Source: Candidatus Poribacteria bacterium (GTDB lineage Bacteria > Poribacteria > WGA-4E > WGA-3G). From it: DNA of 64,000 nucleotides. The stretch covers positions 1-64,000 of the forward strand of contig CAXXLX010000002.1 of NCBI GenBank assembly GCA_963665235.2, read 5' to 3'. The translations under genes were made by a program, and so were the position numbers. Below the pieces are notes generated by a model. It was not told where the DNA came from. It was given only the letters and a program-made list of their open reading frames with translations, and made no database searches. Position 1 is the stretch's first letter, and every line of letters begins with the position of its first letter. This document shows positions 48,582-59,013 of the stretch, in pieces.

Positions 48582-49214
48582 ATGAGCAGGTATTTAGGTT
48601 CAGTCTGTAAACTATGCCGCCGAGAAGGCGAAAAACTTTTTTTGAAAGGCCGCCGATGTAACGGACCAAAATGTTCCTTCGAACGACGCGGATATCCACC
48701 CGGCGAACACGGACAAAAACCCCCAACTCGCGCACGCGGCGACTATAGACGCCAATTGCGAACCAAGCAGAAAGCCAAGCGAATCTACGGAATCCTTGAA
48801 AAACAATTTCGAAACTATTACGTCAAAGCAGCACAACAAACAGGTATCACCGGCGAAAACCTCATCACACTTCTCGAACGCCGCCTTGATAATGTGGTTT
48901 ATCGACTCGGATTCGCAACATCGCGCAAACAAGCCCGACAACTTGTCAAGCACAATCACTTCACCGTCAATGGAAAACGCGTCAATATTCCCTCCTATCT
49001 CGTTGAAGTCGGAGATGTTATTACGCCACGCGAAAAAAGCCGCCAACTTGTCGCAATACAGGACGCACTCGAATTGGCAAAGCAGAAGGGCACCCCGGAA
49101 TGGCTGGAAATCAATACCGATACGTCCCAAGGACGAGTCCAAGGAGTACCAGTCGTACAACATATTGCAGACGAACTAGACACACAATTAATTATCGAAT
49201 TGTACTCTAGATAG
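48582..49214 (+). CDS. rpsD: 30S ribosomal protein S4 (Zn-finger type)
   Basis: CKLCRRE...C....C, PPGEHG, LERRLDNVVYRLG, IELYSR. Confidence 0.98.
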   Translation: MSRYLGSVCKLCRREGEKLFLKGRRCNGPKCSFERRGYPPGEHGQKPPTRARGDYRRQLRTKQKAKRIYGILEKQFRNYYVKAAQQTGITGENLITLLERRLDNVVYRLGFATSRKQARQLVKHNHFTVNGKRVNIPSYLVEVGDVITPREKSRQLVAIQDALELAKQKGTPEWLEINTDTSQGRVQGVPVVQHIADELDTQLIIELYSR

Positions 49215-49271
49215 TGCTTAACCGATTGCCCGTGTTCATTCACAGGAATACTAACTGAGAGGAGAAAATTG

Positions 49272-50234
49272 ATGAATACGTTAGAATTAAATATGCCCGA
49301 ACGCCTTGTAACCGATACGCAAACCTTGAAACCGAATTATGCGAAATACATCGCGGACCCCCTCGAAAGAGGATACGGCACTACCCTCGGCAACTCGCTA
49401 CGACGTGTACTGCTCTCCTCAATTAAAGGGGCCGCAATAGTCGCAATTCAAATCGACCAGGTCAAGCACGAATACGCCACTATACCCGGTGTCGTTGAAG
49501 ATGTTGTTCATATCATCCTCAACCTCAAGCAGATTCGATTCCGACTCCTACAAGATGAACCGATGGTACTTGAACTCACAGCAAGCGGCTCCGGACAGGT
49601 CACCGCAGCCGACATACGACCTAATGCACTCGTCGAAATTATTAACCCCGACCAGCACATCGCAACACTTGATAAATGCCAAGGAATCGATATGCAAATC
49701 GAAGTCCAAACAGGACGCGGCTACTCACTCGCTGACGAACGCAGAAATAGGAAAAAACCCATCGGATGGATTCCGATTGACGCAAAATTCTCACCCGTCG
49801 AAAAGGTTAACTTCCGAGTCAACGAAACCCGAGTTAAGGATATGACAAACTTTGACCGACTCAACCTCGAACTCTGGACTGATGGAAGTATCACACCCAA
49901 ACAAGCTATGACGCAAGCCGCCGAAATCTTACAACGGCAACTCGAACTTTTTACCGAATTTGATGAAACCTACATCGAACCTGAACCCGAAATCGACGAA
50001 GCACAACTCCTGAGAGACAGATACCTCGCAAAACCAATTGACGACCTCGAACTCTCAGTACGATCAAGCAAATGTCTTAAAAACGCAAATATTAAAACCA
50101 TCCGAGAACTGGTCGCTAAAGACGAAAGCGAAATGCTGACATACAAAAATTTCGGCAAAACCTCGCTCAACGAACTCAAAGACCAACTCGCTAACATGGG
50201 ATTAACGCTCGGAATGCAATTGGATGACGAGTAG
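49272..50234 (+). CDS. rpoA: RNA polymerase alpha subunit
   Basis: [34 protein letters not shown]. Confidence 0.98.
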   Translation: MNTLELNMPERLVTDTQTLKPNYAKYIADPLERGYGTTLGNSLRRVLLSSIKGAAIVAIQIDQVKHEYATIPGVVEDVVHIILNLKQIRFRLLQDEPMVLELTASGSGQVTAADIRPNALVEIINPDQHIATLDKCQGIDMQIEVQTGRGYSLADERRNRKKPIGWIPIDAKFSPVEKVNFRVNETRVKDMTNFDRLNLELWTDGSITPKQAMTQAAEILQRQLELFTEFDETYIEPEPEIDEAQLLRDRYLAKPIDDLELSVRSSKCLKNANIKTIRELVAKDESEMLTYKNFGKTSLNELKDQLANMGLTLGMQLDDE

Positions 50235-50262
50235 AACCGTCATACAGAAGAGGAGAAACACA

Positions 50263-50664
50263 ATGCGCCATAGAAAACGCGGCAGAAAACTCGGACGAAC
50301 TACCAGCCACAGAAACGCACTCTTCCGAAACCAAGCCACCGCACTGTTCGAACACGAACAGATACGGACTACATTGCCGAAATGCAAAGAACTCCGACGC
50401 GTCGCTGAAAAACTCATCACGCTCGCAAAGAAAGATGACTTACACTCGCGACGACAAGCCGCACGATTCTTATACGGACGAGACCTGCATTATAAAGCAC
50501 AAAGAGGTGAATCCGCCGCCATCGAAAAACACGCGGTCCTTCAAAAACTTTTCGATGATATTGCACCCCGTTATCAAGACCGAAATGGCGGCTATACCCG
50601 AATCATACGCGGCGAACTCCGACGCGGCGACGGCGCACAGATGGCTTACATTCAACTCGTTTGA
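50263..50664 (+). CDS. rplQ: 50S ribosomal protein L17
   Basis: [27 protein letters not shown]. Confidence 0.97.
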   Translation: MRHRKRGRKLGRTTSHRNALFRNQATALFEHEQIRTTLPKCKELRRVAEKLITLAKKDDLHSRRQAARFLYGRDLHYKAQRGESAAIEKHAVLQKLFDDIAPRYQDRNGGYTRIIRGELRRGDGAQMAYIQLV

Positions 50665-50671
50665 AGAAAAG

Positions 50672-50704
50672 CAAAAAGGCGGAGCCGAAACTCCGCCTTT
50701 TTTG
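50672..50704 (+). terminator. Rho-independent terminator of the ribosomal operon
   Basis: AAAAAGGCGGAG-CCGAAA-CTCCGCCTTTTTT. Confidence 0.85.
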
Positions 50705-50719
50705 CTGTAATCTAACCAA

Positions 50720-51250
50720 AACGTGAGCTTGATAATAAATGTCCGTTTGCTCTAAATCTGAGCGTTCAGTATTCGGGCAAACGGTTTCCCGCTCCTCTGG
50801 GCAATTCATTGCCCGTCGAATACCGAACTATTTTATTTAAGCTTCATTAGTTTGTGCGTTCTTTTGTAGCATAAACTTCCAGTTTGTGCGTTCTTTAGTA
50901 GCATAAACTTCCAGTTTGTGCGGTCTTTTGCTAACACTACCACAGAACGCCATAGGTGAAAACTTTTTTCAAACTCACGTTAACCAAAATGTGAGTTTGA
51001 TAATAAATGTCGGTTTGCCTAACCCCTTAAACATTTTACGGGACTAAGAATTAGGATGGAAACGTCTTTTTCTATAAATATATCGTCCCTACGGGACTAA
51101 GAGTTTTGGTGTTAGCGGCTGCTTCTATAAATATATCGTCCCTACGGGACTAAGAGTTTTGGTGTTAGCGGCTGCTTCTATAAATATATCGTCCCTACGG
51201 AGCGAGCTGGTTGCCCGAATACTAAGGGAAAACTTTTTTCAAACTCACGT
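50720..51250 (-). mobile_element. Two adjacent family-2 MITE shells (50720-50981, 50988-51250) carrying different REP cargo
   Basis: Ends AA(C/T)GTGAG(C/T)TTGATAATAAATGTC and AACTTTTTTCAAACTCACGT; first holds GTAGCATAAACTTCCAGTTTGTGC units, second holds ATATCGTCCCTACGGGACTA units. Confidence 0.7.
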
Positions 51251-52523
51251 GATACGCAGCAGACGCAAAAAACCGATGCGTCAAATGTTCGGTCTTCACA
51301 TTGTTCTGTTCTTGGGCCCAACCCCCAAGTACATAAGTAACATCCACTTTCAACGAATCCTCGAAAATTTTACCGACTCCTGCTGTAAAAAAATCATGCG
51401 TATCTACCTGGGTATATCTGAACGGGATAGGGTCGCGAAGATATCCAAGACGGATATGTGTTGCAATGCTGGGTATCCGATATTCCAAGCCGAGTCTCGC
51501 CTGAACTGTTGTGGCATAGAACTTCTCAAAATTGTCGTCTGAGATATTATCTGCTGGAGCCGGATCGTACCGCGTCTGTGTCCAGTCCGTGAATTGAACA
51601 TCCCCCGCCAAAATCAACTGTTTATCTAACAGTTTGACTGCAAGACCCGCACCGACTTCATACGGCCTCTCAATGTCAAACGCCTGAACACCGCTCGCCG
51701 CATCCGACGTTTCCTCACCATCATCATAATACGCTAACGTATACTCACGCCAGAATTCATCAACTACCAACTCAGTCGGGGCAACCAACGTGAGACCGAG
51801 GCTAATAGCGTCTGTTAAGTTAACCAAAATCCCCACTCTCCCGCTAATACCGGAATACTTCCGTTCAATCTCATCGTCATATCTGAAGCTTGCTAACTCA
51901 CTGTCTATCCCCTTGCTATCTTTCGCAGCAGTATCCAGCTCATGAAGGCTTTCACCCTCCCAAAAATCTATAGAGCCCCCAATCAGAATATGCTTCGAGA
52001 TAAACACACTCCCACCAAAACTCCAAATCCCGATGCCACCTGAGTTCGTATTCCTATCAGCAACCGTAAGGCCGCTGAACTCATTACCAACACTCGGATC
52101 GATTCCCTGAACCTCGGTTTGATAATCGAAGTTTTGCTGACGGTTGTAGCCGAAAGCGATTGCAAAACCACCCTGGCTCGTCTGAAACGGATAAACAAAA
52201 CCGATGGAATTCAGACGCAGCTGTGAGCGACTCGTTCCTGTTTTCACCGCATCCCCCGTAAAATAGGTATCCGCAATCGCCGTATTGTGTGAAAAACCGG
52301 TGAACAGTTCAAACTTCCGTATCTGTGCTATCCCCGCAGGATTCCAATACAGCGCAGTGAAATCATCGGCGAGCCCGAGAGACGCACCGCCCATACCCAT
52401 CGTCCGTGCACCAACACCAAACGTTTTCCCGATTGCCATCTCCTCAACTTGGGCGGTACAAACAGCTGTCAATAAGCTTGTCGCAAGTAAACAGGTAAAA
52501 ATGCAATATATTTTCTGCTTCAT
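51222..52523 (-). CDS. Outer-membrane beta-barrel, FadL/OmpP1/TodX-like
   Basis: Signal peptide; GARTMGMGGA, DFTALYWNPAGI motifs; amphipathic strands; start placed at ATG 52523. Confidence 0.8.
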   Translation of the reverse strand: MKQKIYCIFTCLLATSLLTAVCTAQVEEMAIGKTFGVGARTMGMGGASLGLADDFTALYWNPAGIAQIRKFELFTGFSHNTAIADTYFTGDAVKTGTSRSQLRLNSIGFVYPFQTSQGGFAIAFGYNRQQNFDYQTEVQGIDPSVGNEFSGLTVADRNTNSGGIGIWSFGGSVFISKHILIGGSIDFWEGESLHELDTAAKDSKGIDSELASFRYDDEIERKYSGISGRVGILVNLTDAISLGLTLVAPTELVVDEFWREYTLAYYDDGEETSDAASGVQAFDIERPYEVGAGLAVKLLDKQLILAGDVQFTDWTQTRYDPAPADNISDDNFEKFYATTVQARLGLEYRIPSIATHIRLGYLRDPIPFRYTQVDTHDFFTAGVGKIFEDSLKVDVTYVLGGWAQEQNNVKTEHLTHRFFASAAYHVSLKKVFP

Positions 52524-52590
52524 AGTTCCGCTCGCTCCTTTGTTTTCACCATCACACTGCGTACTTTCAAAGCACGCCAGCATGAGGCGG

Positions 52591-53154
52591 TTATTTTTTT
52601 TCGTCCTTTTTTAAACCGCGCCGGGGCCGTTCCGACCGAGACTTCGGTGAAGTCAAACTACGAGAGGCACGCGAACGCCTATTCTCTACGCGCCCCTTTC
52701 TCAAGCTACCGCTTTTATAGGTGCCACGAGGCGCACGCAAATAGCCACCGCCGTAATACCTACCGTAATAACCCCAGTAAGGATAAAAGCTACCGTAATA
52801 CCGGTAATAGGGGGCAGAATACCTGTAATACCCATACCCGTAATACCAAGAAGGTGGTGGATAATAATACACCGGCGGATAATATAATAGGCGTGGATAC
52901 GGTGCATAAGGCACCCAATACGAATCACCCACGTAAGGATAGGAAGAGCGGTAGGTAGACTTCCGGCGACCGTAATAGCCTTCAGAGTCATCAGAATCGG
53001 AAACGTGTTCCATCTCTTCCCCGGTTTTTTCTATCTGTTTATGTCGTTTCTCCTTAAGGTACGCCGTATCGTGATAACCGAGTTTTGTATAGCACCCGAC
53101 AAACGCCACCGTTGTCAAGAGAAACAGCAGTATAAAAACAACTTTCAAACTCAT
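52591..53154 (-). CDS. Tyr/Pro/Gly-rich lipoprotein, unknown function
   Basis: Lipobox VAFVGC; YYYPPPSWYYGYGYY low-complexity region; GAGG RBS; directly upstream of the OM barrel gene. Confidence 0.7.
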   Translation of the reverse strand: MSLKVVFILLFLLTTVAFVGCYTKLGYHDTAYLKEKRHKQIEKTGEEMEHVSDSDDSEGYYGRRKSTYRSSYPYVGDSYWVPYAPYPRLLYYPPVYYYPPPSWYYGYGYYRYSAPYYRYYGSFYPYWGYYGRYYGGGYLRAPRGTYKSGSLRKGRVENRRSRASRSLTSPKSRSERPRRGLKKDEKK

Positions 53155-53264
53155 CGGTTTACCTCCTCTAAATTCAACATTTACTTTCCTATTTGCGTCT
53201 GTCCTGTTACCTATTTCAACGAAAATTTTTCACTTGCGTTTACTTAGCAAGTCTGCTAAACTAA

Positions 53265-53704
53265 TACCGTTTCCATTTTTATTAATTATTCTATCATTAC
53301 CGGTTGTTAGAAATGAAACGGAGAACGGAAGACCCAAACTAAAAGTTTATGCTACAAGAACGCACAAACTGGAAGTTTATGCTACAAGAACGCAAACTGG
53401 AAGTTTATGCTACAAGAACGCACAAACTGGAAGTTTATGCTACAAGAACGCACTAAAAGTTTATGCTACAAGAACGCACAAACTGGAAGTTTATGCTACA
53501 AGAACGCAAACTAAAAATGCTACAAGAACGCCCAAACTAAAAGTTTATGCTACAAGAACGCACAAACTAAAAGTTTATGCTACAAGAACGCACAAACTAA
53601 AAGTTTATGCTACAAGAACGCACAAACTAAAAGTTTATGCTACAAGAACGCACAAACTGGAAGTTTATGCTACAATAAAGAGACATTTTCAATTAGAAAT
53701 GGTA
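53265..53704 (+). mobile_element. Complete MITE family 1 with ~12 x 30-bp REP units
   Basis: TAA|TACC...CAATTAGAAATGGTA|TAA target duplication. Confidence 0.85.
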
Positions 53705-53711
53705 TAACCCC

Positions 53712-54617
53712 ATGAAAGTATTTGTTCAAATCGCACATGGCATCATCGGTGCTGCACTCATATCTATCGGTTGCATTTGGCAAGCGGGCAGTTTCGGCGA
53801 AGCGAGACACACAATTAGTATTATCGGTGCTGTCGCTATCCTTATCGCAAGCCTCTATCTCCTACGAAGTCGGTGGATTCGCTGGGGCAAACGGCAGGTC
53901 TGGCTAAAATACCATCAACGCTTGGCAACCCTCGGTTTATGCCTTGTGCTGTTCCATTCTGCATTCCAACCGCTTGTGTGGCATTCATGGTTAACCCTTT
54001 TACTCGCCCTTGCAAATTTAGGCACCGGAATTGCTGTTAGCCTGACCGCACACCGGACAAGACAAATTCTGCTCCGATGTCACCTCATCCTCGCCCCAAT
54101 TTTGTTAATCAGTATTGTCTTTCACGGGCAAGCCAAACTGGACCACGATGAATTTTTCCCGCTTACCGAGGACCACGATGTCCCTTGTGCCAGGTGCCAC
54201 ACCGCTGAACCGCTCCTCTTCCATGTGGACGTAACACCCCAGCAAGACCTAAATGACGTTGACATCCTCCCAGAGGATATACAGTGGTGGTTCTCACAGC
54301 ACGGACTACAGACACCAGAGACTGCAAAGGTTTCAACCAAAAAAGCGGGACGCACATGGACAATTGCTGACAGCGAAAATAGACGCGTTTATCAAATTAA
54401 AAAACTAGAAACACAACTCGGTATCTACGCCGACTCTGTCTATCAAAGCTATACCTGCCGCACCTGCCACACCCATGACACTCCCGAAATCCGTTCAGCC
54501 CACGAATTGCACGGCGTTTACGATTACCATAGATGCCTCGGATGCCACCAAACCGAAATTGCTGATACCCGCTACGGTAGACAACGTGTGAATTGGACCT
54601 ACGACCCAAATTGGTAA
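53712..54617 (+). CDS. Membrane-anchored multiheme c-type cytochrome (3 CxxCH) with His-containing TM domain
   Basis: CARCH, CRTCH, CLGCH; about 5 N-terminal TM helices containing His. Confidence 0.75.
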   Translation: MKVFVQIAHGIIGAALISIGCIWQAGSFGEARHTISIIGAVAILIASLYLLRSRWIRWGKRQVWLKYHQRLATLGLCLVLFHSAFQPLVWHSWLTLLLALANLGTGIAVSLTAHRTRQILLRCHLILAPILLISIVFHGQAKLDHDEFFPLTEDHDVPCARCHTAEPLLFHVDVTPQQDLNDVDILPEDIQWWFSQHGLQTPETAKVSTKKAGRTWTIADSENRRVYQIKKLETQLGIYADSVYQSYTCRTCHTHDTPEIRSAHELHGVYDYHRCLGCHQTEIADTRYGRQRVNWTYDPNW

Positions 54618-54687
54618 ACAAATAAAAAAAGACTTGTGCCCAACATATTGCTGAACACAAGCCGAAACAAAACCGGAGCTCATGCTC

Positions 54688-55467
54688 TCAACGAGCCTTA
54701 ATAGTTCCCCAAGTTGTCGTCAGTTTGTCCGCCGGGTCTACAGATAGCAGGTCGCCATCCATAACCTGCTTAATTTCAGCAGCAGACAGCGCACGACCGA
54801 ACAGATAATACTCATCCATCAAACCAGCAAACCAGCGGTCATTCTTATGGTGCCCGATTCCTGCCGACTGACCCCAGTTATCCTCAACTTTACCGTTCCC
54901 TTTAGCAGCGTGCGTCTCCTTCCCATCAATATAGGTCTTAACATCACCGCTATCACTGTCATACGTGCCAGCAAAGTGCACCCATTTATTCGCTTCAATC
55001 ACAGGCCCCGGGTTGATATTAAAAACCTCAGTATTTGTGCCATCCCGGTGAAACCATCTGAAACCGCCAGGACGAATCTCAGCGTGATAAAGACCACTTG
55101 CATGGTCCGTACCGATTGCATCAAGCAACGTCTGTGGGTTATTAGAACCGGTATGATTTACCCAAACCGCAAGTGTGATTCCATCCACCGGACCGTTCTT
55201 AAATTCTGGACCGTTCATATCAATCCATTTGTTCGCTTCCAACGCAATGGCTTTACCGATAACACCCTTCTCACGAGCAGCATTACCTACAACCTTTCCG
55301 TTATTCCCGCTGGGTGAACCATCTTTGACGGTATCCCCTTCTTCATCAAAACTATAGTAAACAGCCAATGTCGGGTCTTTAAGGGCTTGGACCGGGAACA
55401 CACACGCCCCCATAATCACCAAAATAGCAAAATAGACCTGACACCATTTTATCGAATTAAAATGCAT
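54688..55467 (-). CDS. Exported LamG-like jelly-roll protein with Poribacteria-type C-terminal motif
   Basis: YYSFDE, KWVHFAGTYD, YIDG, GLMDE; ends VDPADKLTTTWGTIKAR. Confidence 0.88.
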   Translation of the reverse strand: MHFNSIKWCQVYFAILVIMGACVFPVQALKDPTLAVYYSFDEEGDTVKDGSPSGNNGKVVGNAAREKGVIGKAIALEANKWIDMNGPEFKNGPVDGITLAVWVNHTGSNNPQTLLDAIGTDHASGLYHAEIRPGGFRWFHRDGTNTEVFNINPGPVIEANKWVHFAGTYDSDSGDVKTYIDGKETHAAKGNGKVEDNWGQSAGIGHHKNDRWFAGLMDEYYLFGRALSAAEIKQVMDGDLLSVDPADKLTTTWGTIKAR

Positions 55468-55480
55468 TTTTGCCTCCTAA

Positions 55481-55731
55481 TACCATTTTTATTAATTATT
55501 CTACCATTACCAGTTGTTAGAAATGAAACGGAGAACGGCACAAACTGGAAGTTTATGCTACAACTGGAAAGCGCACAAACTGGAAGTTTATGCTACAATG
55601 CTACAATAAAGCGCACAAACTGGAAGTTTATGCTACAATAAAGCGCACAAACTGGAAGTTTATGCTACAATAAAGCGCACAAACTGGAAGTTTATGCTAC
55701 AAGAAAGAGACATTTTCAATTAGAAATGGTA
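55481..55731 (+). mobile_element. Complete MITE family 1 with ~5 REP units
   Basis: TAA|TACCATTT...AAATGGTA|TAA; inserted next to the RBS of the LamG gene. Confidence 0.85.
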
Positions 55732-56098
55732 TAATATTCATAGAGTATAAAGATATGTGGACATCAGATAAAATCCGCCCCCCTTCGCTTGTCGTCTGAA
55801 AACAGAAATGCCCGCAACAAATTCCGTTGTTGACAACACGGAACGTGCGGGCGCGAAGACAGTACAGCGGTAGTTGCTAACACTACTATGCTAGAAGTGT
55901 TACAAACTATAACTTTATGTAAATATAATAAGGGGGGGGAATTAACGAATAGTAAAATACGCAGGTATAGCACAAACACTGCAAAACGACGTACAGACTC
56001 GCTCTGCCCGGGGCACACATAGTTTCGCTGTGAGGAGAGTCGTTTTTTATGCCGCATGTTTGCCTCCTACCGTCCAAAAAGTGACGAGCGTATTAGAC

Positions 56099-56884
56099 TT
56101 AGCGATGTGCTTTAATGCTACCCCAAGTGGTAGTCAGTTTGTCCGCCGGTTCCACAGCCAGCAGCTCGCCATTCATAGCACTCATTATTTCATCCGCAGA
56201 TAACGCACGACCAAAGATATAATACTCATCCAGAAGTCCGTTAAACCAGCGGCCATTCTTATGGTGCCCGATTCCTGCCGAAACGCCCCAATTGTTTGAA
56301 AGCTTTCCGGAACCAGTAGCTGTATGGGTTTCCTCGCCGTCCACGTAGGTTTTCACTTCACCGCTATCGCTATCGTACGTGCCGGCAAAATGTACCCATT
56401 TATTCGCCTCAACGACGGGCCCGGGGTTGATATTGAAAACGGTTGTATTCGTACCATCCCGGTGGAACCATCTCACACCGCCGGGTCGAAGTTCTACGTG
56501 AAAAAGTCCATTTCCGTGGTCCGTGCCGATTGCGTCAAGGAGCGTCTGCGGGTCGTTGGAACCGGTATGGTTCACCCAAAGCGCTAGTGTAAACCCATCC
56601 ACCGGCCCGTTTTTAAACTCAGGACCGTTCATATCGATCCATGTATCAGTTTCCAGAGCAATCGCCTCTCCAAAAACCCCATCTGCACGACTGACTTTCC
56701 CGACAATTTTGCCATCATTTCCATTAGGTGAGCCATCTTTGACAGCCTCCCCTTCTCCGTCAAAACTGTAATAGACAGAAAGCGTCGGATCACTCAAATC
56801 GGACTCAGCGGTTATCACAACAGCTCCCATAATCACCAAAATAGCAAGAGAGACCTGAAACCACTTTATCAAATCAAAACACAT
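56099..56884 (-). CDS. Exported LamG-like jelly-roll protein, tandem paralogue of 54688-55467
   Basis: High similarity to the neighbouring gene; ends VEPADKLTTTWGSIKAHR. Confidence 0.88.
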   Translation of the reverse strand: MCFDLIKWFQVSLAILVIMGAVVITAESDLSDPTLSVYYSFDGEGEAVKDGSPNGNDGKIVGKVSRADGVFGEAIALETDTWIDMNGPEFKNGPVDGFTLALWVNHTGSNDPQTLLDAIGTDHGNGLFHVELRPGGVRWFHRDGTNTTVFNINPGPVVEANKWVHFAGTYDSDSGEVKTYVDGEETHTATGSGKLSNNWGVSAGIGHHKNGRWFNGLLDEYYIFGRALSADEIMSAMNGELLAVEPADKLTTTWGSIKAHR

Positions 56885-57110
56885 ATTCGTTCCTCCAATA
56901 ACATTGTTGCAAGGTCATAGACTGAAATCATGCGTAGCCATAAACCTCTACATATTTTTTATATCCCATCTCATAACAGCTGTACACAGCTGTCCTGAGA
57001 ATGACGTTAGATTTCTTATGATAGTATACCACATACAATTTTTTTGTCAAATTAAAAAAACGGCGGATAGCGGTTTCCCGCAGAGTCATTTTTTTCACCA
57101 CCCCTCTTCT

Positions 57111-57197
57111 GTAGGAGCGTGCTGTGCACGCGACCTCCCCGTGTAGGAGCGTGCTGTGCACGCGACCTCCCCGTGTAGGAGCGTGCTGTGCACGCGA
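57111..57197 (+). repeat. Three tandem GTAG-type REP units (32-bp period)
   Basis: GTAGGAGCGTGCTGTGCACGCGACCTCCCCGT x3, last copy partial. Confidence 0.8.
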
Positions 57198-57230
57198 CCA
57201 AATAACCCGTGTAAAGTTTTTGTACAAAAC

Positions 57231-57990
57231 GTGTAAATGTTACACTTTTGACGCAAAAACCTCCAGTTTTGGGTTTCTAAAGCACGCCCTGTCTAGTTTT
57301 CAACTATTTTTTGCACAAAAAAAACGTGTAGTGTCATTTCGAATGGCCTACTTTTCTTAACGTCTCAGGTGTAAATGTTACACTTTTGACACAAAGTGTA
57401 ACATTCAGTTTTGGGTTCTGAACTCCCTTGAACGCACGCCCTGTCTATGTTTTCAATCGGTTTCGACCCATTTTTTCCCAGCACAAAAAAAACGTGTTGT
57501 GTCATTTCGACTGCCGGTTTTCGGGTATCTGTCCTGCCTACTTTTCTTACCGTTCTGCCTGCTACTTTTTGATGCGGGTCCGGTTAAATGTTACACTTTT
57601 TGACACACGGTATCGGGACCCAATCCGGTGAGTTGCATAAGCACCGCTTCCATTCCGAAAAACACTTTTGTCAAAGATGAAACATTCAGTTTTGGGTTCT
57701 GATTGCGCCCCTTGAACGCACGTTAACAGTCTATGTTTTCAATCGGTTTCGATAACATTTTTTCCCAACAAACTGGAAGTCTTTACATTGATCTAACGTG
57801 TTGTGTCATTTCGACTGCCGGTTTTCGGGTATCTGTCCTGCCTTTCTTTATACCGTTCTGCCTGAACACCAATCTATTTTTTGATGCGGTAGATCCGCAC
57901 CTATGTAAATGTTACACTTTTATGACACGGGTATCGGGACCCAATCCGGTGAGTTGCAAAACGGATGAACCGCTTCCTTCGGAAAAATGT
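57231..57990. repeat. Degenerate mosaic tandem duplications, non-coding
   Basis: Recurrent TGTAAATGTTACACTTTT, CAGTTTTGGGTT, GTGTCATTTCGA and GGTATCGGGACCCAATCCGGTGAGTTGCA blocks. Confidence 0.6.
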
Positions 57991-58027
57991 TTTGGTTTTC
58001 TGTCGGGTAAAAGCAGAAATCCCATTA

Positions 58028-58330
58028 TACCATTTTTATTAATTATTCTACCTCGATTACCGGTTTACAAATTGACCGGCCCTGGCACATTTCATCAAAT
58101 ACAACTTCAACTGACGGGAGAAAGACACACCCTTCAGATAAAGAAATCCCTACCATAACTTTTGAAAACAGATTAATTATTCACAAACTGGAAGTTTATG
58201 CTACAATAAAGCGCACAAACTGGAAGTTTATGCTACAATAAAGCGCACAAACTGGAAGTTTATGCTACAATAAAGCGCACAAACTGGAAGTTTAGCTACA
58301 ATAAAGAGACATTTTCAATTAGAAATGGTA
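58028..58330 (+). mobile_element. MITE family 1 variant with a different interior and 4 REP units
   Basis: TTA|TACCATTTTTATTAATTATTCTA...CAATTAGAAATGGTA|TTA. Confidence 0.8.
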
Positions 58331-59013
58331 TTAGTTGCGAACTGTTTGATTTTTCTTCATAAAAAATATCGCAGCCGTACAAAAACTTTACACACCCAAC
58401 CCTACAATTATATTTGACTTATGATGTGAACTTTGGTATAATAATTGAAATACAAGGGTTATTCTCTGTCTATAGTTTACTAAACTTTGGACAATTTTAG
58501 AGTTTCGATTTGCGTTGTTGTCTGAATGCACGTCACATTTGGGCGAGTGCGCCGCAAATCGCGGATTATCGCGGATTACACAGATTACGCGGATTTTAAG
58601 GTGTGTATGCGTCAAGGTTTTGTGATTAAGTTGCGTTTTTTTGTCTGAATCACGGAAGGCACAGAGGCCGCAGAGGACGCGGAAAGAAGAGGGGTTTGGC
58701 TAAAATCTATAAACATACCGCCCCGCTGGGGCTAGTTTTTGTTTTGTTTGTGTTTTCTATAAAGATACCGCCCCGCTGGGGAAACCGCGCTTTGGCGCAT
58801 CGGAGTCTATTTTCTACTGTTTGTATTTGTGTGAGGAACTTAGAGAAAAATCAGAAATGCTTTGAAAATCGGGCATCAGGCTCACAGAAATTGTCCAAAC
58901 TATAGTATAGTTTAGATGGACAACGGTTAACAACGGGTGCAAAACGCACAGATTTTCAAGTGCGGACACGGTTGAATTTTCAATATAGGAGCGGTGTTTC
59001 CTCCCCCGCATAA

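Noticed and set aside
55764-56057. 97-aa ORF with GGAGG RBS between the LamG genes
   Set aside because: Good RBS but no protein-like composition or motif; cannot be supported without homologues
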